A stretch of DNA of 64,000 bases, taken from an uncultured delta proteobacterium (lineage in GTDB: Bacteria; Desulfobacterota; WTBG01; CAIYCZ01; CAIRTM01). Of this stretch, positions 9,123 to 19,647 are shown in pieces (the first letter of the stretch is position 1; each line of letters begins with the position of its first letter). The stretch covers positions 19,250-83,249 of the forward strand of contig CAVRPV010000020.1 of assembly GCA_963723235.1 (NCBI GenBank), written 5' to 3'. The notes below the pieces were generated by a model. That model saw only the letters and a program-made list of their open reading frames with translations, was not told the origin of the DNA and ran no database searches. Made by a program: the position numbers and the translations under genes.

Positions 9123-10553
9123 TCGGTAGGTCTCTGATTGTGCAGCCATGCTAAAGCGCCTTCCCTGTCCTGAAGAGTTCCATTGCGCTCAAGCTGGGCA
9201 GCCTGCCTGAGAACACGGCCGACATGCGGGCCCGGCCCACGACCCAGCGCATTGATGACATCAGCGCCTGTGAGCAAAGGCGCGGTCTCATGCAAATCCT
9301 GCGATGTAAAAATACGCCCGCACAGTTCCCGGGCGATATCCCTGACGCGCTGACTGGAGTCTTGAAACTCAGGCATGGAACCGGTTGCCAGGCTGTCGGC
9401 AATCGCAAGCAAACACACGCCGGGTGCAACCGTGCCGCAATCGCGCACAAAGCGCAGTTTCGCGCGTTCACTCAGGCTCTCAAGCTGAGACATCTGCAGA
9501 ATGCGCATATGGTTTTCAACCAGACAACCGAGCACATGCTGTGCCTTGCGGCCAAGCCCTGTCTCGCGCGCAATGCGCCGGATGATGGCAGCACCGGCTT
9601 TATCATGGCCGTAAAACCGCATCCTGCCGTTGTCTTCAAATGCACACGCAGGCTTACCGATATCATGCAGCAGGGCTGCAAACGAGAGCAGCGCCGCCAT
9701 GGTGACGCCTTCTTCAAAGCTCTGGTTTAGATACTCGTCCATCTTTGAACGCACACCGTCGAACCGGGCATCACGGCATCCGCTGAACTTCCTACAGAAA
9801 CCGCACGGTAAGCAGGCAATGTTCCAACAGCATATGCTCATGGGGGCGACTCTGGCGCACGCCGGACATCAGCATGATATCCGGCAGCAGGCGCTCAAGC
9901 AAACCGCAGGCAAGCAGCTCTCGCAGCGATTGTTCCTGGGCGGGCCCGTGCAGAATCATAAACAGCTCTCGCTTGATACGTTCCCGGGCACTGCGTGTGA
10001 TCAAAGCGCTGTTGCGGCGCATGCTCTCTTGTGTCCGGGGCTCAATATCGCATGACAGCTGGCGTGAAAACCTGACAGCTCGCAGCATCCTCAGCGGATC
10101 AGCTTCAAATGCCCCCTCCGAGCACATGCGCAGACAACGCGACTTCAGGTCAGCCTGCCCTCCGAGCGGATCAATCAAATCTGCGTCGCTCACATGCACG
10201 GCAAGCGCCATGGCATTAATCGTAAAATCACGCTGGTGCAAGTCACGGAGTATGTCAGGCTGGTGCATGCGTGAAAAATCAACCGTGACCCGCTCACTAC
10301 CCTGGCGGAATACGATACGCTTTTGATCAACATCCCAGGGAATAACCTTCCCGCGCTGCGCGCGGGCAAAAACCGCAACCAGCTCATCAAAACCATCGGC
10401 CAGTGCAAAATCAAAATCATGCGCACGCTCATTGCCGCGCAATGCGTCCCGCACTGCTCCCCCGACCAGATAGACCGGCACGCGCAGATCGGACGCAATC
10501 CGGGCAACATTTTGGATGAGAGGGTGCAGCCTGAGACGGCTGAGGAGACACAT
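9119..10553 (-). CDS. CCA tRNA nucleotidyltransferase / poly(A) polymerase family with HD domain, interrupted at about 9775-9795
   Basis: LVGGAVRD, DFDF, DLHQRDFTINAMA, DPLRMLRAVRF and then LLHDIGKP in a second frame. An in-frame TAG at 9792 and a +1 base separate the halves. Confidence 0.85.
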
Positions 10554-10558
10554 ATATG

Positions 10559-11839
10559 CTACTTCCGGTCAAGCCTGACGCTGACACTGCCGGCATGCGC
10601 ATCCAGATTTTCGCAGCCAGCCAGCCGGATAACATCGTCACCGAGTGAGTCAAGGGCTTCAGGCGTAAAGCAAAGCAGGCTGATTTTCTTTATAAAATCA
10701 TCCACGGACAGGGCTGAATAAAACCGTGCGCTGCCCCCGGTAGGCAACACATGATTGGGCCCGGCCAGGTAATCACCCAGAGGCTCGGGCGTGTAATATC
10801 CCATAAAAACCGCGCCGGCATGCCTGACCCGGTCGACAATATCCCATGGCCGCTCAACAAACAGCTCAAGGTGTTCCGGGGCCACCTGATTGGCCAAATC
10901 CACAGCTGTGTCCAGGTCTGAAACAACAATAATTGCTCCATGGTCTTCAAGAGATTTCCGTGCGATTGCCTCCCGCGGGAGCTGTACGAGCCGGGCCTGC
11001 ACTTGATCAAAAACACGGGCGGCAAACTGTTCATCCGTTGTAATCAGAATGGATGACGCCATCTCGTCATGCTCGGCCTGGGAAAGCAGATCAGCAGCAA
11101 CCCAGGAAGGCTCCCCGCTGCCGTCTGAAATAATCAAAATCTCACTCGGCCCGGCGACCATATCAATATCAACATCGCCGTACACAAGCTTCTTGGCAAG
11201 CGCAACGTAAATGTTTCCCGGCCCGGTTATTTTATCAACCCTCGGCACGGACTCTGTGCCATAGGCCAGGGCTGCTACGGCCTGGGCCCCGCCGATCTGA
11301 AAAATTTTCCTGATACCGCACAGGTCTGCTGCTGCAAGGATCAAGGGATGCAGGCCACCAGGTCCGGCCGGACTGACCATGATGATCTCGGACACCCCGG
11401 CAACCATGGCCGGAATTGCGTTCATAAGCACGGAGGACGGATACAAAGCCTTGCCGCCCGGCACATATATGCCCACACGCTCCAGAGGGCGCACAAGCTG
11501 GCCGAGGATTTCGCCGGTGCTCTCCGTAGTCTGCCAGGAATTGCAAACCTGCCGGCGATGAAAACGCTCAATCCGGTCGCGGGCCAGCTGCAGCGTTTCC
11601 CACACAGCGGCATCAATTTTTTTAGACGCGCTCGAAATATCGGCCGGATCAACCATCAGATTTTCATGGCCGTCGAATTGCTTTGTCAGGCGCCGTAAAG
11701 CAGCATCCCCGCCGGATCGCACTTCAGAGATAATCTCCCTGACAGCCTGCTCGGCAACCTGCGTCGGCAGGCTTTCGCGATCGCACAGTGCAGCAAAAGC
11801 AGCGTCAAAACCATCATCGTGATACCGTAACATCTGCAT
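10559..11839 (-). CDS. hisD: Histidinol dehydrogenase
   Basis: GIYVPGGKALYPSSVLM, IDMVAGPSE, QAEHD, APEHLEL and GPNHVLPT. The start is placed at MQMLRY. Confidence 0.97.
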   Translation of the reverse strand: MQMLRYHDDGFDAAFAALCDRESLPTQVAEQAVREIISEVRSGGDAALRRLTKQFDGHENLMVDPADISSASKKIDAAVWETLQLARDRIERFHRRQVCNSWQTTESTGEILGQLVRPLERVGIYVPGGKALYPSSVLMNAIPAMVAGVSEIIMVSPAGPGGLHPLILAAADLCGIRKIFQIGGAQAVAALAYGTESVPRVDKITGPGNIYVALAKKLVYGDVDIDMVAGPSEILIISDGSGEPSWVAADLLSQAEHDEMASSILITTDEQFAARVFDQVQARLVQLPREAIARKSLEDHGAIIVVSDLDTAVDLANQVAPEHLELFVERPWDIVDRVRHAGAVFMGYYTPEPLGDYLAGPNHVLPTGGSARFYSALSVDDFIKKISLLCFTPEALDSLGDDVIRLAGCENLDAHAGSVSVRLDRK

Positions 11840-11873
11840 ACGTGTATGTTCCTGTAAAAAATCCCGACCTTTT

Positions 11874-13123
11874 CTATTCCTGTCCGCGGCGAATATCAGC
11901 CCCCAGATGCTGCAGTTTTTTCTCCAAAGCCTCATAGCCGCGGTCAAGGTGATAAATGCGCGAAACAACGGTTTTACCCCGCGCGGCCAGCCCGGCCAGA
12001 ATCAGAGACGCACTGGCGCGCAGGTCCGATGCCATGACCCGGGCGGCTTCCAGCTGAGCGACACCGGTCACAACCGCACAATCGCGCTCAACCCGTATGT
12101 GCGCACCCATACGATCAAGCTCGGCAACATGAATAAAACGGTTTTCAAAAATTGTTTCACGCATCAGGGATGTGCCGTTTGCCAGGGTCAACAGCGACAT
12201 CAGCTGCGCCTGCATGTCAGTCGGGAATCCCGGATACGGGTTCGTTGTGACTTCTACCGATTTCAAGGGACCGGTGACACGTATTCGCACACTGGTCCCC
12301 TCTTCCTCGACGATACAGCCGACCTCACGCAATTTTTCAAGCGTGGCTGCCCATATACTCAACCGGACAGTTTTCAACCGTCACATCCCCGGCTGTAATG
12401 GCCCCGGCAATCAAAAGTGTCCCGGCCTCAATGCGGTCAGGCATGACCGTATGAATGATCGGCGCCAACTCCTGAACACCTTCAATCGTTATTGTTCCGG
12501 TACCATCACCGGAAATGCGGGCCCCGGCCGAACGCAGGGCCAGGGCCAGATCGGAGATTTCAGGCTCGCGGGCTGCATTTTCAATCACGGTAACCCCGTC
12601 AGCCAGGCAGGCAGCCATCATGATATTCTCGGTTCCGCCCACCGTAGGCATATCGAGCAGAATACGGGCTCCGTGCATACGCTCACAAACAGCGTGCACA
12701 TAGCCGTTCTCAATCCTGATGTCCGCGCCCATGGCCTCAAAAGCCTTGATATGGATATCAACCGGCCGCAATCCAATGGCGCAGCCTCCGGGAAGCGAAA
12801 CACGTGCGTTTCCAAAACGGGCCAGCAGCGGCCCCAGTACAAGAAAGGAGGCGCGCATGGTTTTCACCAGCTCATAGGGCGCATCAACGATATCAATATG
12901 CGTAGCGTCAAGTCCAAGCTCGCTTTCCCCGTAATGCGCACACCCAGGTGTTCAAGCAGCCGCTTCATGGTGCTGATGTCGCGCAGATCAGGAACCCCGC
13001 TATGCGGTGCTCTCCGCTGCTGAGCAGGGTTGCGGCCATAATTGCCAGAGCTGAATTCTTCGCCCCGCTGGCTGAAACCCTGCCATGCAGGGGCCGGCCG
13101 CCGTTCACAATAATACATTCCAT
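11874..13123 (-). CDS. murA: UDP-N-acetylglucosamine 1-carboxyvinyltransferase, split by about three indels
   Basis: Successive frames give [63 protein letters not shown], and [28 protein letters not shown]. Confidence 0.95.
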
Positions 13124-13310
13124 GCAATAACTCCCGTTATGTTAACCAGCGCGGTTTGCGCGCCTGCCGGCGACACTCTGTAAAAATCAAAATAGCCTTG
13201 CGAAACATCCATAATCGTTATATTGTATAAGCCTGATTTTTACAAGCAATTCCTCAAACCGCCCTGTTGCACCAGCAGCAGCACGCAGACACGGCACGTG
13301 AAAGGTCCCC

Positions 13311-13592
13311 ATGGCTAAAGTAAATTCAGAGGCACGCGAACGGCTCACCGCAATCATAACGACCGATTATGAGGAATGTCATTTCTTTGCAGTTTCGGCC
13401 CAAATGCTGATAAACAAAATAAAGGACTTTTCAGAGCGGGTGCAGGAACAGGAAACAACCTTTGAGCAGCTCCGGGATGAAATCGGGCAGATCGGTATTT
13501 TCCTCGGCAATGCGGAAAAGCGCCTGCAGGAGGTTGAGGACTGCTACACAAAACTTGTTGAATGCCTCTCGGAAAACATACAACACCAGTAG
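13311..13592 (+). CDS. Hypothetical coiled-coil protein
   Basis: RBS GAAAGG, 93 aa with heptad-like Glu/Gln/Leu pattern, 13 nt upstream of the nitroreductase start. Confidence 0.7.
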   Translation: MAKVNSEARERLTAIITTDYEECHFFAVSAQMLINKIKDFSERVQEQETTFEQLRDEIGQIGIFLGNAEKRLQEVEDCYTKLVECLSENIQHQ

Positions 13593-13605
13593 GAAAGCAG
13601 ACTGC

Positions 13606-14259
13606 ATGGATGCACTCACCTGCCTGCGCGAACGCAAAACCTGTCGCGGCTTTCTGCCGAATGCCGTACCCCCTCTCCTGATTGATGACATGCTCACCGA
13701 TGCTGCCTGGGCGCCCTCGGCTTCAAACCAGCAGCCCTGGCATTTCCACGTCATTGAAGGTCCGGCCCTGGAGTTCCTGAATCAGGCAGTCAAACAGGCC
13801 CATCAGGATCAGCGCAAGGGCTATGACCCGTCCAAGGGCAAAACCATTCCTGCCTGCTATGTCGAGCGGACAAAACAACTCTTTAAGGGCATACGCCCGT
13901 TTATTGCACAACTGGGCGACGGACATACATCGTTTATTGAAAGCGGCAGTTTCCGTTTTTATGATGCCCCTACCGTTGTGCTGATAACCATGCACCACGA
14001 CATGCCGGTTGTGCGCTATATGGATATCGGCATGGCCGCCCAGAACATGATGCTGTCTGCCCATGCCCGCGGACTGGGCTCCTGCGCGATTGCCCTTACC
14101 CTGATGTATGCCGATGCAATCCAAACAGCTTTAAACCTGCCGGCCGATACACTGCCTGCACTTTTTATCGCCATAGGCTATCCTGATCCGGACTTTGTGG
14201 TCAACCGCTTTCGCTCCGGACGCGAGAGCCTGGAAACGCTCGTTACCCGCCACACATAG
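13606..14259 (+). CDS. Nitroreductase-family flavoprotein
   Basis: RKTCRGF, APSASNQQPWHF and DIGMAAQNMMLSAHARGLGSC. The start is placed at MDALTC. Confidence 0.93.
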   Translation: MDALTCLRERKTCRGFLPNAVPPLLIDDMLTDAAWAPSASNQQPWHFHVIEGPALEFLNQAVKQAHQDQRKGYDPSKGKTIPACYVERTKQLFKGIRPFIAQLGDGHTSFIESGSFRFYDAPTVVLITMHHDMPVVRYMDIGMAAQNMMLSAHARGLGSCAIALTLMYADAIQTALNLPADTLPALFIAIGYPDPDFVVNRFRSGRESLETLVTRHT

Positions 14260-14291
14260 CACCGCACCAGGCGGATTACAACAAACAGCAT

Positions 14292-15125
14292 ATGCACGCA
14301 CGCACACCCAACCTGATTGATGATTTTCGCAGCATGGCATGCGACCTTGCTGCAAATTTCAATATTCCGGACATCGCTGAAGTATTCCTGCCCCCGCTTT
14401 TCAAGGGAGGACAACCGCATGACTCCGAGTTCATGGCCCTGCGTCTGAAAGATGATTCGGTCGGGATCAGCTACGTGCTGCTGCCGGAGGAGTGCCGCCA
14501 TTCCTATGACAAGTTGCGATCAGAGCCTTTACAATCGAGTTCACCCGCAGATTTGGCTGCCTGCTTCGGGAGTTCCGATCCCCTTGAACACATGCTGGCA
14601 ATGGCAGCGCTGAACGCACTATGCAGCCATGTCATGCGCACGGGCCATGTTGCGCTTGACATGGCAACCGACTCACTGGGACTGCTCAACATAGGCGCCG
14701 GAGACCATATCGGCATGGTCGGATTTTTCAGCCCGCTGATTGACCGGATTGAGGCCTGCGGCGCGCACCTGACTGTCATTGAACTGAATGATGCATACCT
14801 GGAGCGCTTTCCCAACATCCATGTCACTCTTGATACGAATGAACTGCGCCACTGCAACAAAGTACTGTGCACCAGCACCACTGTTTACAACAACACGCTT
14901 GATTCAATCCTTGACCATTGCAGGGACGATGCATTTATTTCCGTTGTCGGCCCGACTGCAGGGTTCTTCCCTGACCCGCTTTTTGCTCGTGGTGTTGACG
15001 TGGTCGGCGGAACCCTCATCCATGACGGCTCCCTTTTTATGCGTCTGCTGAATGACAAACAGCGATGGACAGGTGCCCGACGTAAAATATGTTTTCAAAA
15101 AAAAACCTATGCCGGTCTTCTGTAA
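14292..15125 (+). CDS. DUF364-family (Rossmann-like) protein
   Basis: MAALNAL, IGMVGFFSPL, CTSTTVYNNTLDSIL and VVGPTA are typical of DUF364. Confidence 0.8.
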   Translation: MHARTPNLIDDFRSMACDLAANFNIPDIAEVFLPPLFKGGQPHDSEFMALRLKDDSVGISYVLLPEECRHSYDKLRSEPLQSSSPADLAACFGSSDPLEHMLAMAALNALCSHVMRTGHVALDMATDSLGLLNIGAGDHIGMVGFFSPLIDRIEACGAHLTVIELNDAYLERFPNIHVTLDTNELRHCNKVLCTSTTVYNNTLDSILDHCRDDAFISVVGPTAGFFPDPLFARGVDVVGGTLIHDGSLFMRLLNDKQRWTGARRKICFQKKTYAGLL

Positions 15126-15269
15126 AACGCACACACACCCGGCAAACGGCTTTCAGCATTCATATCCCGGCACGCAACCCGTTTCAAACCGCTTCAATGG
15201 GGTTATTTCCGAACCCCGCAATACAATGCTGCACCATGCAGACATCCAGAACCCCTCGGAGATACAACC

Positions 15270-15920
15270 GTGCATGGCAAGAATAATGAAACAGACCTGA
15301 GCCGCATTATCAGGAATGCCGTCTGTTTAAAAAATTTCGACACCCCGGGCACACGACTTGCAATGTCCCCGCTCGGCCGCATACCGCAGCGTCCTGCCGG
15401 CCTGCCGGGCGAACCCCGCTACGGAGCCGTCCTGATCGTGCTGTTTGAAGAAGCACAAAGACTGCATAGTATATTAATTAAACGCTGCGATGGCCTGCGC
15501 CATCATCCCGGGCAGATATCCTTCCCCGGCGGACGCCGGGAAAAAGATGAAAATCCGCTTGCATGCGCTCTGCGTGAAACCCGTGAAGAAATCGGCATTG
15601 ACCCTGAAGCCCTGGATATCGCCGGGGGTCTGGATGCTGCATACATCCTTGCTTCAGATTTCCATATACACGCGTTTGTCGCCTGGCACCCCGGAATCCC
15701 GGTCTGCACACCCGACCCGCGCGAAGTTGCCGCCATTGTTCCGGTTCCGCTTAACCTGTTGTGCACACCCGGTGCACGCACATACGAACTCAAAAATATC
15801 CGCGGCACGGTACGCAAGGTTCCGGGCTTTTTATTTCTTGATCATCATATCTGGGGTGCAACCGCGATTTTGCTGCATGAAATCATTGAACGGCTCAAGA
15901 TAGCAGGATGGCAGGACTAG
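15270..15920 (+). CDS. Nudix CoA pyrophosphatase (NudL/CoAse type)
   Basis: HPGQISFPGG and the Nudix box CALRETREEIG, plus IWGATA. Confidence 0.92.
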   Translation: MHGKNNETDLSRIIRNAVCLKNFDTPGTRLAMSPLGRIPQRPAGLPGEPRYGAVLIVLFEEAQRLHSILIKRCDGLRHHPGQISFPGGRREKDENPLACALRETREEIGIDPEALDIAGGLDAAYILASDFHIHAFVAWHPGIPVCTPDPREVAAIVPVPLNLLCTPGARTYELKNIRGTVRKVPGFLFLDHHIWGATAILLHEIIERLKIAGWQD

Positions 15921-15951
15921 CACACGCGCAAAAAGCATGGGCGTAGGGGGC

Positions 15952-16872
15952 TCAAAGGTAAAGGGGCGGCGCTGTCTGCGAGGCAGCCGAAACAAGCAAC
16001 GCGGCACCGCTTGCGCGGACCATGGCGGCGCATGACTGCAGCTGTTCTTCAATCTGCATGTCGCTGCGCTGCGGATCGTGATGAAACAATACAAGGTGTT
16101 TTACCTGTCCGTATATGGCTGACTTTACCGCTGTTGCAAAACTGGAATGTCCCCAACCGACTCGTACGGAATATTCCCCTGGCGTGTACTGCGCATCATG
16201 GATCAAAACATCGGCTGAACGGATAAAATTGAAAAAACTCTTTTTCTGGTCAAGCAGACAGGCAAGCTCAATATCCGGGTTATCGGGATCAACGCTTTGT
16301 TCGCTAAAAACCCTGGCCGAATCAAAGCGCGCAAACGGTTCATTGTCGGGAAGATACACAATGCTTTTGCCTTTATACCCAACCCTGAAACCGAGCGTCA
16401 TGCCCGGATGTTCGGCATAGCGTGATGTAACTGAAACGCCGTTGATATCAATGGTTGTCTCGGCAATGGATTTTATCGTAATGTCGGCCTGCCAGCTTTT
16501 CAGTTCAACCGGGAAATAGGGACTGCTCATCTGTTGGCGCAATATATCTCTGAATGAAAACGTTCCCTGATTGCAGCCAAAAAAGGAAAGATGATGGCCC
16601 GGCACAAACGCCGGCGCAAAAAAAGGCAGCCCCTGAATATGATCCCAGTGCGCATGGGTTATAAAAACGGCGCAGTGCCGGGGCATCCCGTTTTTCAAAT
16701 AATGCCTGCCCAGAGCATGAATACCTGTTCCGGCATCAAGAACGATATGGGTGCCGTTATCAGCGATTATTTCAACGCATGATGTGCAGCCGCCGTATCC
16801 TACCACCTCCGGCGAACAGACCGGCATTGATCCCCGAACGCCCCAGAAACGAATTTCAAGTTCACTGTTCAT
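15952..16872 (-). CDS. MBL-fold metallo-hydrolase (phosphodiesterase/RNase BN-like)
   Basis: FWGVRGS, LDAGTG, THAHWDHIQG, HDAQY, GWGHS and FHHDP. Confidence 0.92.
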   Translation of the reverse strand: MNSELEIRFWGVRGSMPVCSPEVVGYGGCTSCVEIIADNGTHIVLDAGTGIHALGRHYLKNGMPRHCAVFITHAHWDHIQGLPFFAPAFVPGHHLSFFGCNQGTFSFRDILRQQMSSPYFPVELKSWQADITIKSIAETTIDINGVSVTSRYAEHPGMTLGFRVGYKGKSIVYLPDNEPFARFDSARVFSEQSVDPDNPDIELACLLDQKKSFFNFIRSADVLIHDAQYTPGEYSVRVGWGHSSFATAVKSAIYGQVKHLVLFHHDPQRSDMQIEEQLQSCAAMVRASGAALLVSAASQTAPPLYL

Positions 16873-16920
16873 AGCACCTTCACGGTAATATACTTCCGCG
16901 GACGAGACGTAGCAGGCTGA

Positions 16921-17292
16921 TCAGGGCACGCCGATAACCGCAGAAACCTTTGCCAGCAATTCTTCGGCATTAAACGGCTTTATCAAAAAATCATCAGCAC
17001 CCAGCGTTTTGGCCCGGTTAAGGTCCTGCTCAAAAACTTTTGTAGAGCACATCAATACTTTGGCCCGCGGGCAGGTATTGATCTTTTTGGCCATTTCCAG
17101 AACATAGAAACCGTCAAAACGCGGCATATTGATATCAAGGATCACCAGGTCAGGGTCAAATGCCGTAACGCGACCATCGAAAAACGTTGCGCTTTCATGC
17201 AGCGTATCGACCGTATACCCTGCGCCCTCAAGTGAACGCTGCATTGCTTTGGCGATCGTAGTACTGTCATCAACAATCAATATCTTTTTCAT
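16921..17292 (-). CDS. Single-domain response regulator
   Basis: IVDD, phospho-acceptor DINMP, and KPF. Confidence 0.93.
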   Translation of the reverse strand: MKKILIVDDSTTIAKAMQRSLEGAGYTVDTLHESATFFDGRVTAFDPDLVILDINMPRFDGFYVLEMAKKINTCPRAKVLMCSTKVFEQDLNRAKTLGADDFLIKPFNAEELLAKVSAVIGVP

Positions 17293-17298
17293 GCGGTA

Positions 17299-18726
17299 TT
17301 ATTTCTTCTTCAAACCCAGATAATCAGCCACGGCTCCGGCGGATGCCTCAAGCTGCACCGGCGCATTGACGAGTTCGTTGCGGGACGTAATTTCGTAATC
17401 AGCCGGAAAAGCATCCTCAAAATACATCTGCTGAAAATTAGAAAACTTGAGCTGATGCGAGGTTGAATCGACAACGAATGTTCGCTCGGGCGCAACCATG
17501 CCGTTCGCCAGGGCCTTGCGCAGCCCTGCAATCGACTCGCCGCCCTGCGTGCACACCACGCTGCCACAGCGGTTGGCCTGAAGCATGCCTTCAATAATCT
17601 CCTGTTCCTCGACATCAATACAGGTAAAACGGTCATCGAAATCGCTTGTAACCAGCGCACGCACCTTGGGAAACGAAACCGGATCACCGATCATGGCCGC
17701 CTGGGCCACGCTCGGGCTGACCGTCATGGGACGGTAATCACCTGACGCGCGCCACAAGGCTACCGGATTTGCGTGCCGGCTCTGTACGGCCAGAATATGC
17801 GGCAATGTTTCTATGATGCCCAGGCGCTGCATATCCAAAAAGCCCTCCATGATCGCGGTAATATTGCCGGCATTGCCGACAGGTACCACCACCGTCAGGT
17901 TCTCCGTTTCATAGCCCAGCTGCCGGGCAACTTCATAGGCATAGGACTTCTGACCCAGAATGCGAAGCGGATTTTTAGAGTTCAGCAGACAGACCTGGTA
18001 TGTTTCAGCCAGCTGTTCCACAATGCGCATGCAGTCATCGAACACGCCCGGTATTTCCAGAACCGTGGCCCCGCTGCCAAGCGGTTGCGAAAGCTGCTGC
18101 GGCGTAACTTTACCCCTGGGAAGCAGTACGACCGACTTGACAACCGTGCTGTCAAGGTAGCTCAGATACAGCGCCGCAGCGGCCGACGTATCGCCTGTAG
18201 AGGCGCAGATGCCCAGCACTTCAGTAAGACCACGCGTGCGGATTGCGTTGTTGATATAGCTTACGGCGCAGGCCATGCCGCGATCTTTAAAACTGGCTGA
18301 AGGATTAAAACCATCGTTTTTTATAAAAAAACCAGCCCCGACATAACGGCTCAGCTGTGCGTTGGCGCGCACCAGGGCTGTATGGCCTTCACCCAGGTAA
18401 ATGACATCCTGCAGCGGCATAGCAGGAAACAGCAGCTCCTTAAACAGGAAAATACCCTGCAAAGCTTCAACACGCAGCAGACTGCGATAATCAAAAATAT
18501 CGCGCCATACAGACCCGGGTATTTTTTTCAGTTCACCAAAGGAGCGGTCCGTAATTTTAAGCAGGCTGCCGCACGTGGGGCAGGTATACAAAAAGCTTTC
18601 CAGCGAGCCGGTAAACACGCAGGAAATGCATTCATACACGCAGTCACCCGTGTACTCGGGTATCAAGTACGGCCGTACATGCGCGGGAAACGCGCTCACA
18701 TCGACCTCTGTGCAAAGCTTTGTCAT
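17299..18726 (-). CDS. thrC: Threonine synthase
   Basis: LGEGHT, NPSASFKDRG (PLP lysine), CASTGDTS, NSKNPLR and PVGNAGN. The start is placed at the ATG with RBS GGAAGG. Confidence 0.93.
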   Translation of the reverse strand: MTKLCTEVDVSAFPAHVRPYLIPEYTGDCVYECISCVFTGSLESFLYTCPTCGSLLKITDRSFGELKKIPGSVWRDIFDYRSLLRVEALQGIFLFKELLFPAMPLQDVIYLGEGHTALVRANAQLSRYVGAGFFIKNDGFNPSASFKDRGMACAVSYINNAIRTRGLTEVLGICASTGDTSAAAALYLSYLDSTVVKSVVLLPRGKVTPQQLSQPLGSGATVLEIPGVFDDCMRIVEQLAETYQVCLLNSKNPLRILGQKSYAYEVARQLGYETENLTVVVPVGNAGNITAIMEGFLDMQRLGIIETLPHILAVQSRHANPVALWRASGDYRPMTVSPSVAQAAMIGDPVSFPKVRALVTSDFDDRFTCIDVEEQEIIEGMLQANRCGSVVCTQGGESIAGLRKALANGMVAPERTFVVDSTSHQLKFSNFQQMYFEDAFPADYEITSRNELVNAPVQLEASAGAVADYLGLKKK

Positions 18727-18772
18727 GACATCCTTCCCAATACTCAATCAGACGTGACGGAACGCGCCTGTT

Positions 18773-18949
18773 TCACTGTTTTTTGCGCGAAATCGCCACA
18801 TTCGGACACACACGGGCGCAGGCCCCGCACTCAACACAGGTATCCTCATCAATTGCATAGTACCAGTCAAATTCTTTAATGGACTTCGTGGGACAGATTT
18901 CCCAACAGGTCCCGCACATAATGCAGCGATCGGTTATAAAATAGGCCAT
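18773..18949 (-). CDS. 2[4Fe-4S] clostridial-type ferredoxin, 58 aa (absent from the ORF track)
   Basis: Translated by hand: MAYFITDRCIMCGTCWEICPTKSIKEFDWYYAIDEDTCVECGACARVCPNVAISRKKQ, with two CxxCxxCxxxCP motifs. Confidence 0.95.
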   Translation of the reverse strand: MAYFITDRCIMCGTCWEICPTKSIKEFDWYYAIDEDTCVECGACARVCPNVAISRKKQ

Positions 18950-19021
18950 GTGTCCGCAGGAACGTCCTGTATTCTATACACCTTGTTGAAAATTCATGTC
19001 AGCAAAACAGCTGGGCACTGG

Positions 19022-19085
19022 AAAAATTTCATGCCGTTATCCGTGGCATGAATCGATCCTAGCGTCAGCCCACTGCACGGGCTGA
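19022..19085 (-). terminator. Tandem hairpins after the gamma-carbonic anhydrase gene; the second is followed by a U-tract
   Basis: TCAGCCC-N7-GGGCTGA (19065-19085) and TTCATGCC-N9-GGCATGAA (19028-19052), then ATTTTT on the minus strand. Confidence 0.6.
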
Positions 19086-19095
19086 AGATCTAAAA

Positions 19096-19647
19096 CTAAA
19101 GTGAGAACTTGTAGCGGATCGGGTAATCGCGACTTTCGCCAACTGCCCGCCGCATGAATTTTTCTTCCTCCACAGTAATCTGGCGCAGTCGGTCAACATC
19201 CTGTTGCTGAGTTATACAGGAACCAATCTCAATAAAGCAGTCTGAAGGAATAGTAACCGACTCAACAACGCAATTGCTACGCACAAAAACATTATTACCG
19301 ATATGGGCATAATGCAAAATTGCCTTGCAGCCTATAAAACAGTTATCTCCGACCGTAGTCGGCCCGTGAATCACTGCCCCGTGATTAATAATACTACCTG
19401 ATCCCACATGAATGGCTGTTTCAGTATGCGCATGAAGCACAGCAACATCCTGAATAACGCTTCCATCTCCAATGATAATGGAGCAGCTCTCATCCTCAAG
19501 GGAGAAACGATCGGCACGAATAACGACACCCGCGCCGATAAAACAGTTTGCGCCGATGAAAACCCTCCCGATAATTACAGCATCGGGGTCAATATAGGAT
19601 GTACTGTCCACCTGCGGCATATCTTTTACGACATTGGCACGAAGCAT
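19096..19647 (-). CDS. Gamma-class carbonic anhydrase-like hexapeptide-repeat protein
   Basis: IDPDAVIIGRV, VIRAD, IQD and three His ligands (LH, NH, IH). RBS AGGGGG. Confidence 0.88.
   Translation of the reverse strand: MLRANVVKDMPQVDSTSYIDPDAVIIGRVFIGANCFIGAGVVIRADRFSLEDESCSIIIGDGSVIQDVAVLHAHTETAIHVGSGSIINHGAVIHGPTTVGDNCFIGCKAILHYAHIGNNVFVRSNCVVESVTIPSDCFIEIGSCITQQQDVDRLRQITVEEEKFMRRAVGESRDYPIRYKFSL

Noticed and set aside
10559-13123. murA followed by hisD without hisG
   Set aside because: This is ordinary rearrangement of a common gene order and needs no special explanation.
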